NCBI GenBank assembly: GCA_964016885.1
Contig: OZ024743.1
Coordinates: 359,166,001 to 359,230,000 of the forward strand
DNA: 64,000 bases
From: Eledone cirrhosa
Lineage: Eukaryota
Reading direction: 5' to 3'
The notes beneath the pieces are model-generated. The model searched no databases. It was given only the letters and a program-made list of their open reading frames with translations, and was not told the DNA's origin. Below, in pieces: positions 25,782 through 39,852 of this stretch. Positions within the stretch are counted from its first letter, which is position 1. Each line of letters opens with the position of its first letter. The position numbers were made by a program, and so were the translations under genes.

Positions 25782-25869
<88 letters not shown>

Positions 25870-26145
25870 ACACACACACACATAACTAAGCTCATACATG
25901 CCCAAACTATGTAAAATTCCCTTAGTGTAGATACTGACTGAGATTGAACCCCAGATCAGGATCTCCACCGTCTCTAATACTAACTACTAGGCGCCAGTGA
26001 GCAGATGAAACTCCAGAGTAACAAGGCTCGGCAATTAGGCATAATAAACGAATATTTACAATTTACCTCGGTATTGAGTACTCTTTCTCACGTCAGTCAA
26101 TAATTCACATATGCTCTCCCTCTCACACACACATAACCCCCCCCC

Positions 26146-26205
<60 letters not shown>

Positions 26206-26207
<2 letters not shown>

Positions 26208-26350
26208 AAGGCGCATGGCTTAGTGGCTAGAGTATTGGGCTTGCAATCGAAAGGTTGTGAGTTTAATTCTCGGAAAGGGTGATGTGTTGTTTCCTTCAGC
26301 AAGACACTTTATCTGACGTTACTCCAGTTTACTCAGCTGTAGAAATGAGA
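26206..26350 (+). mobile_element. tRNA-derived CORE-type SINE
   Basis: A box tggcttagtgg, degenerate B box, CORE-like ccttcagcaagacacttt...ccagtttactcagctgtagaaatgag; second copy at 30039-30160. Confidence 0.75.
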
Positions 26351-27754
26351 TGATAGGACTGGGTCCATATCATTAAATTACCCAAGACACCTCCAACGAG
26401 ATATACCTGGAATATCGTTGATCCAGCTTCATCAATTTTCTTTTTATATCAGGAGCAGTGCTAATCTGTCTACATTATTCATTGTCTATTTTCTTTTTAG
26501 ATTATAAGGTATTGTCTGAGGTAGTTTTGACTTATATTTGTATTAGATTAAACAATAATGTAGATTCTCCTTCGTTATTTCGTTATTTTATTTATATAGG
26601 CACTTCCACAAAATAATCAATTTATGAAGGAAAATCTACTGCGAAATATTCATGCATAATAAAGTAATATTGAATCAAAAATTTAGCTCAACGTAGACTC
26701 GTTATATATTTTAGATATGACGATACTTCGATTATCCTAATATCAATTATTTAAACTTTCGCTCATCCAAACAAGTTTTCGAAGTCTTGTGAATATTTAA
26801 TAAGTCATATTGTGTGCAACCAAAACTCGGGAAAAATAATGATGTCGCCATTTTGTGACAATTAGAATTACTGAAGAATTTGTGATGTCCATGTATTTTG
26901 TTTATATTAATCAAAAGTAAAATGTGTCGATCTTCTGCAAGTTTGATTTCCGTCAGCCACTTGAAACAGAGTTAAAATAATTTTAATACATGTAATAAAT
27001 TACATGCAATTGGATTTAAACGCATGGTTAAAAAAAAAAAAGTCGTATTTGTTAAGACTGTATTGCTGTTACCATTAGAAACAAAAAAAACTCTGACAAT
27101 CGAACAGAGAAGGAAAACTTTATAACGTCTGGATTAGGTTAAAAAGAAAACAAAAAACATCAACGATTGCAAAGAAGTACATTTTATTCAATTGAAATAC
27201 ATAAAACTTTGTAAATATGCATTTAAACATTAATATGTTCACTGTGGCTTCCAATGTTTCGTTCAGATTAATTATCAGAACGACTAGTTATTCGAACAAA
27301 ACCACATCAATATACCTCGTGGGGATAATCAAGGTTTAATTTAAGTATACTTACACCTGTTCGGTGTTTCTGAATTTGCATGTTTTAAAACAATGAATTG
27401 CATAAACCTCTTTTTTTCCCTTTCTCCGCTTAACCTTAGTTGCCAGATCAATAAATTCTGATTATATAGATTTTTGTCTCTCTTCCTGCGTATGTTGTAA
27501 ACAACCATTAAAAGGAACTAGTGAGCCGTAATTTAACGGAAATATCAGCAAATATCCGGAAATAACCGGATGTTTATGTTTGCAAAAACAAAACAACAAC
27601 AAAAAAAAACAAAAAACAAAAAAACAACAACCCTAATCGTTTGGTCGGAATTTTCTTTTCCTGTCAATGTTATATTTTAGAAAACCGTTGTCCGTTAATC
27701 TTTTGTTATGGTATATATTCTATGTATCAAACGACCAACATATAATGGAATGCT

Positions 27755-28020
27755 TAATAATTGTTTCTACTTTTGGCACAAGGCCAGCAATTACCCAGTA
27801 CATTACTGGTACTTTATTTTCTCGAACCCGTAAGGTTGTAAGGCAAAGTTAACCTCGACGGGATTTGAACTCAGACCGCAAAGGGACGTAAGCATGTTAG
27901 AAAGCATGGCGTCCAACCCTCTACCGATACTGTCAAATGCTTAATAGTAGTTTCTACTTTTGGCACAAGGCCAGCAATTATCCAGTGCATTACTGGTACT
28001 TTTTTTTATCGACCCCGTAA
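27755..28020 (-). mobile_element. Two tandem tRNA-derived Meta-type SINE fragments
   Basis: Minus strand gagttcaaatcccgtcgaggttaactttgcct...aaataaagtaccagtaatg...ggccttgtgcc; same family as 31545-31930. Confidence 0.75.
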
Positions 28021-28221
28021 TACTATTATATTATATACATACATATGGAATGGGCTTAAATAGAAGCTAAATATAAGCTTTTTAAATGTAACATTTGTTA
28101 ATAAGCACAGGAGCGTCGAGTGTGTTGAAATGCTTAGAAAATGTAGAAAATCTCGAACGCAGATAATAACTGAACATAGCTTAGAAAATCGGGTAAAATA
28201 CATCTATCTATGTATGTATGT

Positions 28222-28337
28222 TCCCAGTGAATGTTTTGGTTGCCAATCTAAAGACATTTTAGATCATTGGCTGGGCTAAAAAGCCACATTCGATCGCAGC
28301 ACTGTTCATTGTTATCGCGCGCGCGCGCGTGTGTGTA
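28222..28337 (+). mobile_element. Short 3' end of the RTE family seen at 39853-43320
   Basis: HFRSLAGLKSHIRSQH then (CG)n(GT)n tail; homologous to 39853-39950. Confidence 0.8.
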
Positions 28338-28364
28338 TAGATATGTATATGTGTGTGTGTGTGG

Positions 28365-28425
<61 letters not shown>

Positions 28426-28429
28426 TATT

Positions 28430-29680
28430 ATTATTCTTTGAGTCTCAGTCATTGATGTTGGTTAACTGGAAAGTTTGTTGAAATGAATATCAAGCCACTT
28501 CCTGCAGCCTCAGATATTCAGGACGTATCGGAGGGTTCTTGCTGTTCCCAGCAAGCATGCCTTTTGAAGTGTTGTAAAAAGCGGGGTGGGGCCAATTTTC
28601 TTTAACCATCCCTGGAAACTCTTTGAGATAGTACCTAATGCGCCTATGACAGTCGCGACCACTTTGACTTCATGGCAGTTCCAAATCCTGTTTTCCTCCC
28701 ACTTTAAGTCCTGGTATCGGTTAATTTTCTCCCTCTCCTTCTCTTGCACTCTCGTGTCAAATGGGCAGGCTACATCCACAATCAGGCACGATCTTTTTTC
28801 CTTGTCCAAAACCACCAGGTCAGGTCTATTGTGTTCCAGTTTCTTGTCCGTCTGTATCCTAAAATCCCACAGCACCTTCACCTGATCGTTTTCTATCACC
28901 GACTCTGGCTTATGCTCATACCACTTCTCAGAATGTGGTAAATTGTTTACTTTGCACAGGTGCCAGTGGATCACCCTGCCCATCACATCATGTCTCCAGC
29001 CCTTATAGTGAGTCTGGGCTAGGTGTTTACACTCGGATGCAATGTGAGCCACAGTCTCCTTTCTCTCCCCACAGATCCTGCACAGTGGGCTAGCCTCCTC
29101 CTTGTAAATATAGTGTTTCAGCCACTTCGTTTTGAGGGCCTGCTCTTGCGCAGCCATTAGCATTCCTTCTGTAGCCTTTTTAAGGTCTCCTCTTCTCAAC
29201 CAGTTACATGTCTGTGGATATCTGAATTCAGTTTTCTCAAAGAAGGTACTATGAAGGGATATTGCGCAGCCATTAGCATTCATTCTGTAGCCTTTTTAAG
29301 GTCTCCTCTTTTCAACCAGTTACATGTCTGTGGATATCTGAATTCAGTTTTCTCAAAGAAGGTACTATGAAGGGATTTTTCATGAAGATTGCTCTTTCTC
29401 CTTGATGTTATTTCCTCCTTGGACATCCCCTGGTCGATTGTCCTCTCCTTCAGTACAGTTCTGAGCATTGGCTCCCTACTATCAGTCACGTATTTGTGTA
29501 GGTTGTTTTTCTCCATCTGAACACAGTCCTCTATGCTGATAAGACCTCTTCCACCTTCAGATCTCCTTAAGTAGAGTCTATCAACATCACTCCTCTTGTG
29601 GAACATGTTGTAGATAGTCAATAGCTTCCTAGTCTTCCTATCCATTTCTTTTTATTCAGCAACATTCCATCTCAGAATAT
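28430..29680 (-). mobile_element. 5'-truncated R4/Dong-clade RLE LINE in a TAA repeat, with 116-bp internal duplication
   Basis: CRICGERKETVAHIASEC, RHD, WDFRIQTD..RPDLVV..IVDVACP..EK..RY; 29146-29260 repeated at 29262-29376; (TAA)n on both sides. Confidence 0.92.
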
Positions 29681-30038
29681 ATTATTATTATTGTCGTTAT
29701 TATTATTATTTTTTTTCCGTGCCATGGCCATACTCGATAACGAGGGGGCAGCCATCATGTATATATGTATGTATGTATTGTATGATGTTGACCAGTTCTC
29801 TTTTTCAGGTAGTGTTTTCGATGTTCAGAGAGAGGTATTGGTCGAGTGCAAGGCCTTTTCCCACTTAAAAAATCTTCAAAGCTCAGGCATTGCTTGTTCA
29901 GGATTTGTTACAGGTTTGTGTGACTAGCCGTAGCCTAAAAGTGCACCAAACTCTATAAGCGATTGTAGTACTCTTAACAGAGTTTGCAGCCATCATGTAT
30001 ATATGTATGCATGTATGTAGGTATGTATATATATATAT

Positions 30039-30165
30039 GTGAAGGCGTGTGTCTGAGTGGTTAGAGAATTGGATTCGCAATCGTAAGGTTATGAGTTCGA
30101 TTCCTGGACCAGGCGATGCGTTATGTCCTTGAGCAAGACACTTTATTTCACATTGCTCCTTCTAC
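30039..30165 (+). mobile_element. tRNA-derived CORE-type SINE (3'-truncated)
   Basis: B box gagttcgattcc, then gtccttgagcaagacactttatttcac. Confidence 0.75.
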
Positions 30166-30255
30166 CTGGAGTTGCGACCGATAGATAGTATTAGCAATTG
30201 GAAAGACCAACGGAAACATTGTTCCCTCGGTCCGATTTGACGAAAAGTCGATCGT

Positions 30256-30290
<35 letters not shown>

Positions 30291-30292
30291 TA

Positions 30293-30940
30293 CTAGCAGT
30301 GGTATCCGGCGTTGCACATGTTAAGGTATTTGGGAACGCGGGCCGCCAACAGACATAATCGTGGAAAAACTGCACGCCTGGACAATATGTAAGGAAAATA
30401 AACCGAATACTCTGATGGCTGGATAATCTTTAAGATTTTCCTCGATGTAGCAGGAAAAATGAAGGTTTTCACCTAATGCTTTTTACCTAGGGGATCAAGA
30501 AAATGAATTTTTTTAATGTGCATAAAATGCCTTGAAATTTTGGGAAAATCGGCTTGACGTAACGCCTCAAAAAAGCCCCCAAAAGCTGAAAAAATGAAGT
30601 CTTTCACCTAATGTGAGCCCTAGGCCATAAAAAAAGTTGGATTTTCTTTGCTCACGGTATGAAGAGACTGACTAATACATAGTTACAATTTCAAAGGAAT
30701 CGGTCAGACGTAACGCCTAAAAAAACCCCCTAAAATGCTGAAAAAATGCAGTTTTTCACCTAATGTGGGCCCTAGGGGATCAAAAAGTTGAATTGTTTTT
30801 ATGTGCATAACACTCCCCGAAACATAAGTAATACACATGTAAAGTTTAAAAAACATCGGTTGGGTACTTCTCGTGTTTTAGGGATTCAAACTCACCCCCC
30901 CCCCCCCCACACACACAGGCATCATCAGTTTTATATATAT
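30293..30940 (-). mobile_element. Non-autonomous Helitron-like element
   Basis: Minus strand ends gtgcaacgccggataccactgCTAG-T; three aaaaatg.ag..tttcacctaatg subrepeats; TA context. Confidence 0.65.
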
Positions 30941-31039
30941 GGGTATGTAAAAGGTAAACAGAAACAACAACACAATCGGTACAGTCCATGGGAGAAATAT
31001 ATTAGGTTAACGCTTACAATAGCAGGAAGAGGATCTATA

Positions 31040-31098
<59 letters not shown>

Positions 31099-31544
31099 TG
31101 TGTGTGTGTGTGTTTGGGTGTGTTTGGGTGTGTCTGTAGGTGCTATATCGTGTATAAACTTGCAACATAAACGGATGGAAGAGGAAATACACACAAATTA
31201 TTTTATGGAGAGCTAGTTGAAAGCATCCAGTAAATAATGACATATCAATTTAAATTTGCGAAGGAAATGATTGATTAGAGTTTCTAATAGCAATATAGAT
31301 TCATTGTTAGATATCTGATGAGTATACACGAGCCATTGATTTGTTACATGTCTTGACAGGCAAACATATTACGAAACCAGACTGAAAAAGATCTCTTCCA
31401 GTAATTAATACGACTCTCCCTAATTTAATTAATCTCACACTCGATGACATAATATCCGGCATAGACTGGGGTGGAGTCGATGTACTCCATTATATTTTTT
31501 CTATACAAATTTCGTAGTTATTCTCTTCAGTGATCAAACTATTT

Positions 31545-31930
31545 CTGCTTAGGGTCAGACGCCATGCTTTGGAGCATAGAGTTACGTCCCTTTACTGTCT
31601 GAGTTCAAATCCCGCCGAGGTTAACTTTGCTTTTCATCCTTACAAGGTCGATAAAATAAAGTACCAGTAATGCATTGGGATAATTGCTGGCCTTGTGCCA
31701 TAAATAGAAACAATTATTATTGTCAGTATGAGGGTAGTGGATCGATAGAGCGTCGGACACTATGCTTTGTGACATAGAGTTATGGCCCTTTATGTTATGA
31801 GTTCAAATCCCGCCGAGGTTAGCTTTGTGTCGATAAATAAAGCACCAGTAATGCACTGGGGTCGATTTAATCGACTATCCCATCTCCCCAAATCTCTGGC
31901 CTTGTGCCTATAGTAGAAATCCTTATTATT
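31545..31930 (+). mobile_element. Two tandem tRNA-derived Meta-type SINEs
   Basis: gagttcaaatcccgccgaggtta.ctttg..ttcatcct..aggtcgataaaataaagtaccag; (TTA) tail; another copy at 60895-61030. Confidence 0.78.
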
Positions 31931-32099
31931 GTCAATATGGCAGTGGAGGGAAGTAAAGAGCAGTATTTGCTCCTGCTCTTTATATTTTGTGTTCAAATTT
32001 GTGACTACTCGAAAAAAATTGTAAACATGTCTAGATTGAAGTTAAGTCTGTTTACAAATAGAATGACTGACTGAGTTGCTTTTAAAATTTAGCTTTCAT

Positions 32100-33720
32100 G
32101 ACTACCGGCGGCGATGCAACAGAGTGTTGAATAAGGCTAAGTCCTCAATTCCCCCTCTTTTTAATATGTTTTGAAGTGTTAATAACTTCTATTGAAAAAG
32201 CTAAATGCGTTGCCCAGAAATTCTCTTCTAATTCTACTGAATTCATCTGTAGCATTACCTGATTTTCCACTTAGAACTAATATACTACTGTGCGATATAC
32301 ATATCACTCCCTCCATTGTTTCTGATGTCATCTCAAATGTTGGTCTCCCTAAATCATGCGGACTTGATGGTATTCCTGCCATCGACTTGCAAAATTGTTC
32401 TCTTGAACAAGCTTCTGTTCTATCTAAACTTTACAACGATTTCCCAACTTTCGTTCTTGATGGAAACCATCTTCTGTTGTTCCAGCTTATGATAATTCTG
32501 GAGACCGTTTGATCCTTCCTTCTATCGCCCTATAAGTATTCTACCTCTCTTTGGCAAAATGTTTGAAAATGTAATAAATTCTGAATTGGTTAAGCACCTT
32601 ACCTCGTTGGGTCCTTTGTCAGTTAAACAATATGACTTTCGTTTCTTACGAACAAACACTAATGTCATAACAGTTGTTGCTGAAAAAGCCTGCCGTGCTT
32701 TGGATAAATATAATGAAGCTAGGGTTGTTGCTGTAGATATTTCTAGGGCTTTTGATAGGGTTTATCAGACCTGTCTTCTTCATAGGGCTATGGTGTTTCT
32801 ATGAGACTTTCTTATTAAATCCCGAACTGAAGGTTGTCTTGAATGACCAGTCTTCTTGATCTTTCCACGTTGATGCAAGTGTTGCCCAGTACTCCACACT
32901 GTGTTCAATACTGTTCTTAAATTTTATCAATAATTTTCCAAATGACATATTTTCTCAGATAGGTATTTATGCTGATGACACAACTCTTTATTATTGTCTT
33001 AATAGTAAGTCCCATGTGTCTGATTAAGTTGAATTGGTGGCTGATCTTGAATACGACCTCCGATCTGTTGTTGAGTGGGGCGAGAAATGGCTTGTTACCT
33101 TTAATGCATCTAAGACAAAACTGCGATTTTCTAATCGCCATAAAGACCCATTTTTGCTCTTCATTAGTATGGCAGATCATAGCACCCGAAAGAGCAACTC
33201 TTGAGTTGAGTCATTATATCACGCCGACTGCCAAATCTGTTGCCCAGAAAGATGGTTCTTTCTGTCGACCTAGAAAATATTTCATGCCTGAAAGTATCTT
33301 ATATTTTCATATATCTACCATTCATCCGTTCTAACTTATCATGTCCTAACTTATCGACATCGATCACTTTCACACCGCCGAAATGTTACTTCGCTGTGAC
33401 TTTTCTATAAATATTTTCACAGAAACAGTTCTGATAAGCTCTCTTATTTGTTTTCCAATCTTCATGAATAGTACCAGATTTGCAGCTTGTTGAAGTTCCT
33501 AAATGCAATTGTAAATTTTATTCTGATAGTATCTACAATCGTACATCTCGCCTATAGAATTTTTTCCCGGTTTCTTGCCTTCTTGACCACTGCAATTTGC
33601 AAAAATTCGAAAACAACATTAATCATCATCTTCTCCCTCCTTGAATTATGTTTTCTCTATTTTATCCCTTTGTCGTTTGGTAACCCCTTGCATTTTAGTA
33701 ACTTGCTTGGAGTGAAAGAA
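32100..33720 (+). mobile_element. Highly decayed CR1-group LINE RT region
   Basis: KSCGLDGIP, YRPISILP, KQYDFR, VAVDISRAFDRV, IYADDT, EWGEKWLVTFNASKT across broken frames. Confidence 0.82.
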
Positions 33721-33786
33721 AAAATGTATTAGTTTTCTTTTAAATATTTTGTTTTGTATGTATGTTTGTATGTATGTATGTATGTA

Positions 33787-34150
33787 TGTCGCATGGTCGG
33801 GTCGTCGGCAACTAAACCGGCAACCACACCAAGTTTACTTGGTGAGGCGGGTGATTTTGGACACCCTGCAGGACAAAAAACAAAACCTGACAAAGGGCGG
33901 AAGAACTCATAAGAGTCAACGGCTATCCCAAAGTGTGTAAATATGTATATACACATGTACCACACGGTTAAACCACTGGGAGTGAAGGACCCCTAGCCTT
34001 TGTCAGGGCATTCTTCTAGGAGAAGGCAACTCAGGAAACTGGGATAACTCCAATATAAAACCTGCGGCTCAGTAGTTACTGATGATGTTGATCTTTTCTT
34101 CTTTTCGGGTTATAGCTACTGTCGCTCAGAGAGTGGGATTGGCTCAGTGT
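33787..34150 (+). mobile_element. Partial copy of a non-autonomous LINE-5'UTR-like element
   Basis: Homologous to 34645-34950 and to 60345-60575 (-); contains tctaggagaagg..aactc, typical of RTE-like 5' UTRs. Confidence 0.65.
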
Positions 34151-34594
34151 GTATGTATGTGTGTTCTTCTGGTTTTATAATTTCACAAATTTTGCCAATA
34201 GAGTGAGAGTCGGTTTCTAACATAGATACAAGACTCTCTCATTGGGATTTACACAACATTATGCATGCATGTGTGTGCAGGTATGGATGTTATTGTATGT
34301 GTGGATGTGGATGTTTTGAGTTGTATGTGTGCATGTGCATATGCTTTGTATCTGTACAAGTGTACATGCAGTTATAAGATGCAGAAGTTTTGGAATGTTT
34401 TACATATTTTTACTGTTCCATTAATGGATTGTACTTGTAATTTCTTAACTAGTTTCTTACTGTTTCTGTGAATCCCAGCTTCTCAAGATTTGTATTGAGG
34501 CAGTTACTAACACATCCCAGTGCCCCATGTATGTATGTATGTATGTATGTATGTATGTATGTATGTATGTATGTATGTATGTATGTATGTATGT

Positions 34595-35205
34595 TAGGTC
34601 ACCAGTTGGTGCTACTGGTAACATGTATCCCAGTAGAACCTGTCTCATGGTCGGGTCGTTGGCGAATAAACTGGCAACCCCACCAAGGTTTCTTGGTGAG
34701 GAGGGTGACTTTGGACATCCTGCAGGACTAAAAACAAAAAACCTGTCAAAGGACAAAGGAGCTCTTAAGAGTCAATGGCCATCCAAAATAACCGGGAGAG
34801 ATGACCCCTTAGCCTTTGTCAAGACAGAATTCTAGGAGAAGGAAAACTCTGATATAACACCTGCAACCCTGATGGTATCCAATGATGTTGGCTTGTTCTT
34901 CTTTTTGGTAAATATCATCTTGGTTAAGAGAGTGGGACTGGCTTTGTGCAGTGCCTTTGCTCACTATAAAAGCTTCACGGCACAGGCATTGCTTTATATC
35001 TGGAGATCTCTCTGCACTTGTCATCACATGGTACCATGGGCCCAGCACTATGTGTCAACAATTGTCACAAGTGTAGTGTTTGTACCAGAGTTTTCAAGTC
35101 ACCGGCTGGACTAAAAAGTCACACTCGTTCAGCGCATCGGTAGGGGTTCTCCTACATGGATATAAAGTAGTGGCCGTACTCGAAAACGAGTTGGCAGCCA
35201 CCATG
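34595..35205 (+). mobile_element. ~610-bp non-autonomous retroposon flanked by (TATG)n
   Basis: Multiple hairpins at the 5' end, no ORF; 3' stem-loop ctcg aaaa cgag + gcagccaccatg(tatg)n. Confidence 0.65.
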
Positions 35206-36229
35206 TATGTATGTATGTCGGTTTGTTTCAAGCAAGATGCGAAGCACGATATATAGATACATATTCATTTATTTACCAACGTCTCTCACTATCTACCTAT
35301 TTATCTATTCATATGTGTCATTCATTATACTGTACTATACTTTACTATACTATATATATACATATATTTACAAATATGCACAGCAGCAAAAATATGAAGA
35401 CGTGAGAATCGACGCCGAAGTGAGGGAGATATAGAGAGTTGTATAGCTAGATGGGAAGAAAGAGACGCATGCAGAAACATAGAGAACAATGTAAATCGAT
35501 AGATATGAAGATATGAAGAATACAACTAAAAATAATACGTACACACGAAATATATATAAAAGCTATGAGGTGAAAAATATAGAAATAAAGAGAAGAGTGA
35601 TAAAAATTGCCCTTTGCCTATAATTGTAGCATCTAGAATATTTTTAACACCAGTATTATAAAAAGCCAAACACACGAAATTTTCTAATTCTATGAAGCGA
35701 CTGATGACCAAAAGTCTGTTAGTTTTTTGAATAGACGCCAGAAATAACTGTAAATGGTGCACACAAGTTAAGAAATAAATATTGTTTTCTTTGTAGCAAA
35801 TATCTACTATTTTTCTTCCTGCAAGGAAAATATCAAGAAGCGATTATTCGATGTGAAATTATATAGAAACGGCACATCAGCACATCAACACATAAGAGAG
35901 CGCCTGCATATATACACGTACAGACACACCCACCCACACAGACACACAGAGAGACACATATATATACACACACACAGACACACAGACAGACACACACACA
36001 TACAAACACAGACACACCCGCCCACACAGATACACACACAATCTATATATGTATGTATATATATATATATATATACATATACATACTATATATATATATA
36101 TATATATAACGAAGGAAATGTGGTAAGGAACCAGGTGGACCATAACGCACCAAAGTACTCAATACTTGAGGTAGTAGAGTGGGTAATAGGAACCAGTAAG
36201 ACCCCGACAGCTGAGCTCAAGCCGTCTAT

Positions 36230-36558
<329 letters not shown>

Positions 36559-37361
36559 CAAAACAATTGTCAGCAAATAAATGTTCTAAATTAAAATTTG
36601 ATCGTTTTAACACTTTGTATATATATATTTATATAAGGTAAGTTATTCCAGGTTGGATCGGAGGTAACCACAGTAAGTAAGGTACTCAATACATAGCAGA
36701 GTATAAAAGTTTCAATATAGATGAGAATCTACAGGACTAGAACTGTTTCATTCTTTAGAAATCATCAGGAATCTGACTGTCCAAATAAATGTGGTGGTAT
36801 TTATATCTTTTCTGGTGGTAGGAGAGGGTGGGGAGTGGGATGGGTGGAGGTCATTGGTTGAAAGAAAAGGGAATTCATTAAAAGCTAATTCTGTAAAGCT
36901 ATAATTTATATTTAGAGTAACAAAGGCAGAAAGAATTCTATAAACAAGTTCAAATTGGGGTGCCACTCCTTATTTTTAAGTTTCTCTTAAGCCAACAATG
37001 CCTATATTTCAGGTGTCTATAAGATGGTTGGGGGTTAGTCGTGGTTGATGGGTTTAAAGAAAAGGGAAATTCTTTAAAAGTTAATTCTTTAAAGTTCTAC
37101 TTAGAGTGACAAAGACTGAGAGAATTCTATAAATAAGTTCAAATATTAGGTGCCTGTCCCTATTGTCATATTTCTCTTAAGCTATATTTCAGGTGTCTAC
37201 AGACACATTCACATACACACACACACACACATATATAAATATACACATATTCAAACATATACAAACACATATACACATATACACATATATATATATACAT
37301 ATATATATATATATGTGGAAGTGTCTGTAGACACCTGAAATATAGCATAATACACACACAA

Positions 37362-37420
<59 letters not shown>

Positions 37421-37609
37421 CGAGTGTGTATATATATATATATTTCGCTTCTGAATTTGTTTACCAACATTATATATATATATATATATACACATTCATA
37501 CATATACACATATACACATATACATATATACACATAAAAGTACACATACATACACATATACATACATGTACACACACACACACCAACACACACAAATAAA
37601 TGTATAATA

Positions 37610-37830
37610 CACGTACAAATCCAAAGTGATCTGTTTCGCCAGTAAGTTGTTGACAGAAATGAAATAACCCAGGTTCTCTCTCCCACGTGTAGTTGGACGG
37701 TCGCTTTAAACATTCTCTTAGTGTTGTCTGAAATGTATGGCCTTACACAAGCTGATGAACCTGGGTTATTCCATTTCCCTCAACAACTCACTGGCGAAAC
37801 AGGTCACTTTGGATTTGTACGTGTGTTATA
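37610..37830. repeat. Inverted pLTR-like pair with hammerhead-like motif at 37748-37809
   Basis: 37610-37676 is the reverse complement of 37757-37824; CTGATGA-acctgggtt..aactcactggc-GAAA-cagg-TC; stem I is out of register by one base. Confidence 0.6.
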
Positions 37831-37994
37831 TAGTTATAGAGGTATTTATTTACGCTTTAATTTATATTTTTAATTATCGTGTCTATATTCTGCCTTTCAT
37901 AGGTTATAGATTCCATACACTGGTGGTTTTTCCCTGTTTTATTGATGGCGCACTGTATCTCTCTCTAGTGTGTTACTTTTTCAATATATTGTAT

Positions 37995-38049
37995 TATATA
38001 CATATATATATATACATATACACATACACATACACATACATACACACAT

Positions 38050-38108
<59 letters not shown>

Positions 38109-38147
38109 CACATATATACATATATATACATACACATACATACATAC

Positions 38148-38186
<39 letters not shown>

Positions 38187-38358
38187 CACATATATATATA
38201 TACATACACATATATATACACATATACATATACACATACGTGTGCACATATATATATATGTATAAATACACATATACATACATATACATACACATACACA
38301 CTACACACATATATATATACACATACATATATATATACATATATATACACATATACAC

Positions 38359-38389
<31 letters not shown>

Positions 38390-38640
38390 CATACACATAC
38401 ATATACATATATACACACATACACACACATATACATACACGTACATACACGTACATACATACACACACACAAACATATATATATATATACACACACAAAT
38501 ATATACACATACATGCCCATATGCAGGTACATATGAACGCACGTACACACAACCGTACGCATACAAACGAACGGCCACTCATACAAATACATACAAACAT
38601 GTACTCATATACACAAACAAACGCATATACACAAGCACAT
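37995..38640. repeat. Degenerate (TA)n/(CATA)n/(CA)n field
   Basis: Directly visible. Confidence 0.95.
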
Positions 38641-38789
38641 AAATACAGCTCTACAAGTAGAAAATGCGGATAGGTAAGAGGTACTTACATAATCATAGTG
38701 CCGTGTTTCAGATCGAGAAGGGATAGGGGTAGGGTGGGAAGGACGTAGAGGGGGGTATTTTGTAGAGTGGGGTTTTAAAAAAAGGGGGA

Positions 38790-39255
38790 GATCATTTTTA
38801 GCCATTTGGCATTAACACGGGCTTAAGGTATTTGAAAGTTGAAGAGTTTTTGTGCATGCAGTTCGGGCAGTGTTCAGAGAGTTTGTTCAGTAGCGGGCCC
38901 TTGGCGAATAAAATCTCGTAGCTCTCTGAGATACAAAGGTCACAGCACTTGTTCCTCCGTTGTGTGAGCGCGCTTTCTGGAGTATTTTCCATTTAAGCGT
39001 GAAGGGGGTGGAGTTCCTTTAGTGGTCCCAAATGTAGGAGGCAAGTGCTGTCTGATTTGATTTGCCGGTCTACTGAAGGAGTGGGTATGGGCATACCACC
39101 GGGTCTTAAAGTTATTGGAAGTCATGCCAATGTAAGTCTTTTTGTTGTTCCAATCATCGGTGCCTGGGATGACATCGCATTTGTATACCATATCGTTTGT
39201 CAGGCATTTGTTTTCAAGTGGGCAGGCTTCCTTATTTAGGCATTTGCACAAGGCC

Positions 39256-39260
<5 letters not shown>
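38790..39260 (-). pseudogene. 3' fragment of a YRDDG-type PLE (GIY-YIG and C-terminal CxxC/CxH)
   Basis: YIGMT..FKTRW..H..SF, KCCDLCISE..ILF, LLNK..CMH; same architecture as 10000-10500. Confidence 0.85.
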
Positions 39261-39339
<79 letters not shown>

Positions 39340-39555
39340 GGGGGCAGCCATCATATCTATCTATCTATATATATAGAGCTAACATCACAGGCGCTCTTTC
39401 TCAAAATTATTTTTGAAAAGCATTAGAAATGCGCAACCGGTAAAAACTTAAAACTAAAACTGAATACTAACCAATACTTATTACTAATTTTTACTTATTC
39501 CTAATTAAACTATTTTTCACTGGGAAAAATTTGTCAGCATTTTCTTTTCCCTTTA

Positions 39556-39595
<40 letters not shown>

Positions 39596-39852
39596 AAAGA
39601 ATAGAGGTGTAACACACAAGTTATTATATATTGGTAAACGTTTACCAATATATATATATATATGATAGCTGCCCCCTCTTTATGGAGTATGGCCATTGCA
39701 CGAGGAAACCCCCCCCCCAAAACCCATAATAATAACAATAATAATAATAATAACAACAATAATAATAACGACAACAACAACAATAATAATAATATATATA
39801 TATATATATATACACACGCGCACACACATAAACATATCCACACACACACACG

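Noticed and set aside
26206-26280. tRNA gene
   Set aside because: A/B boxes are followed by a CORE domain and no full cloverleaf forms; SINE head.
31310-31390. CTGATGA...GAAA with internal hairpin
   Set aside because: No valid NUH site or stem I.
36730-36780. HHR core in the 12415/36640 repeat family
   Set aside because: Core and stem II are present but stem I cannot be formed in either copy; not counted as a complete ribozyme.
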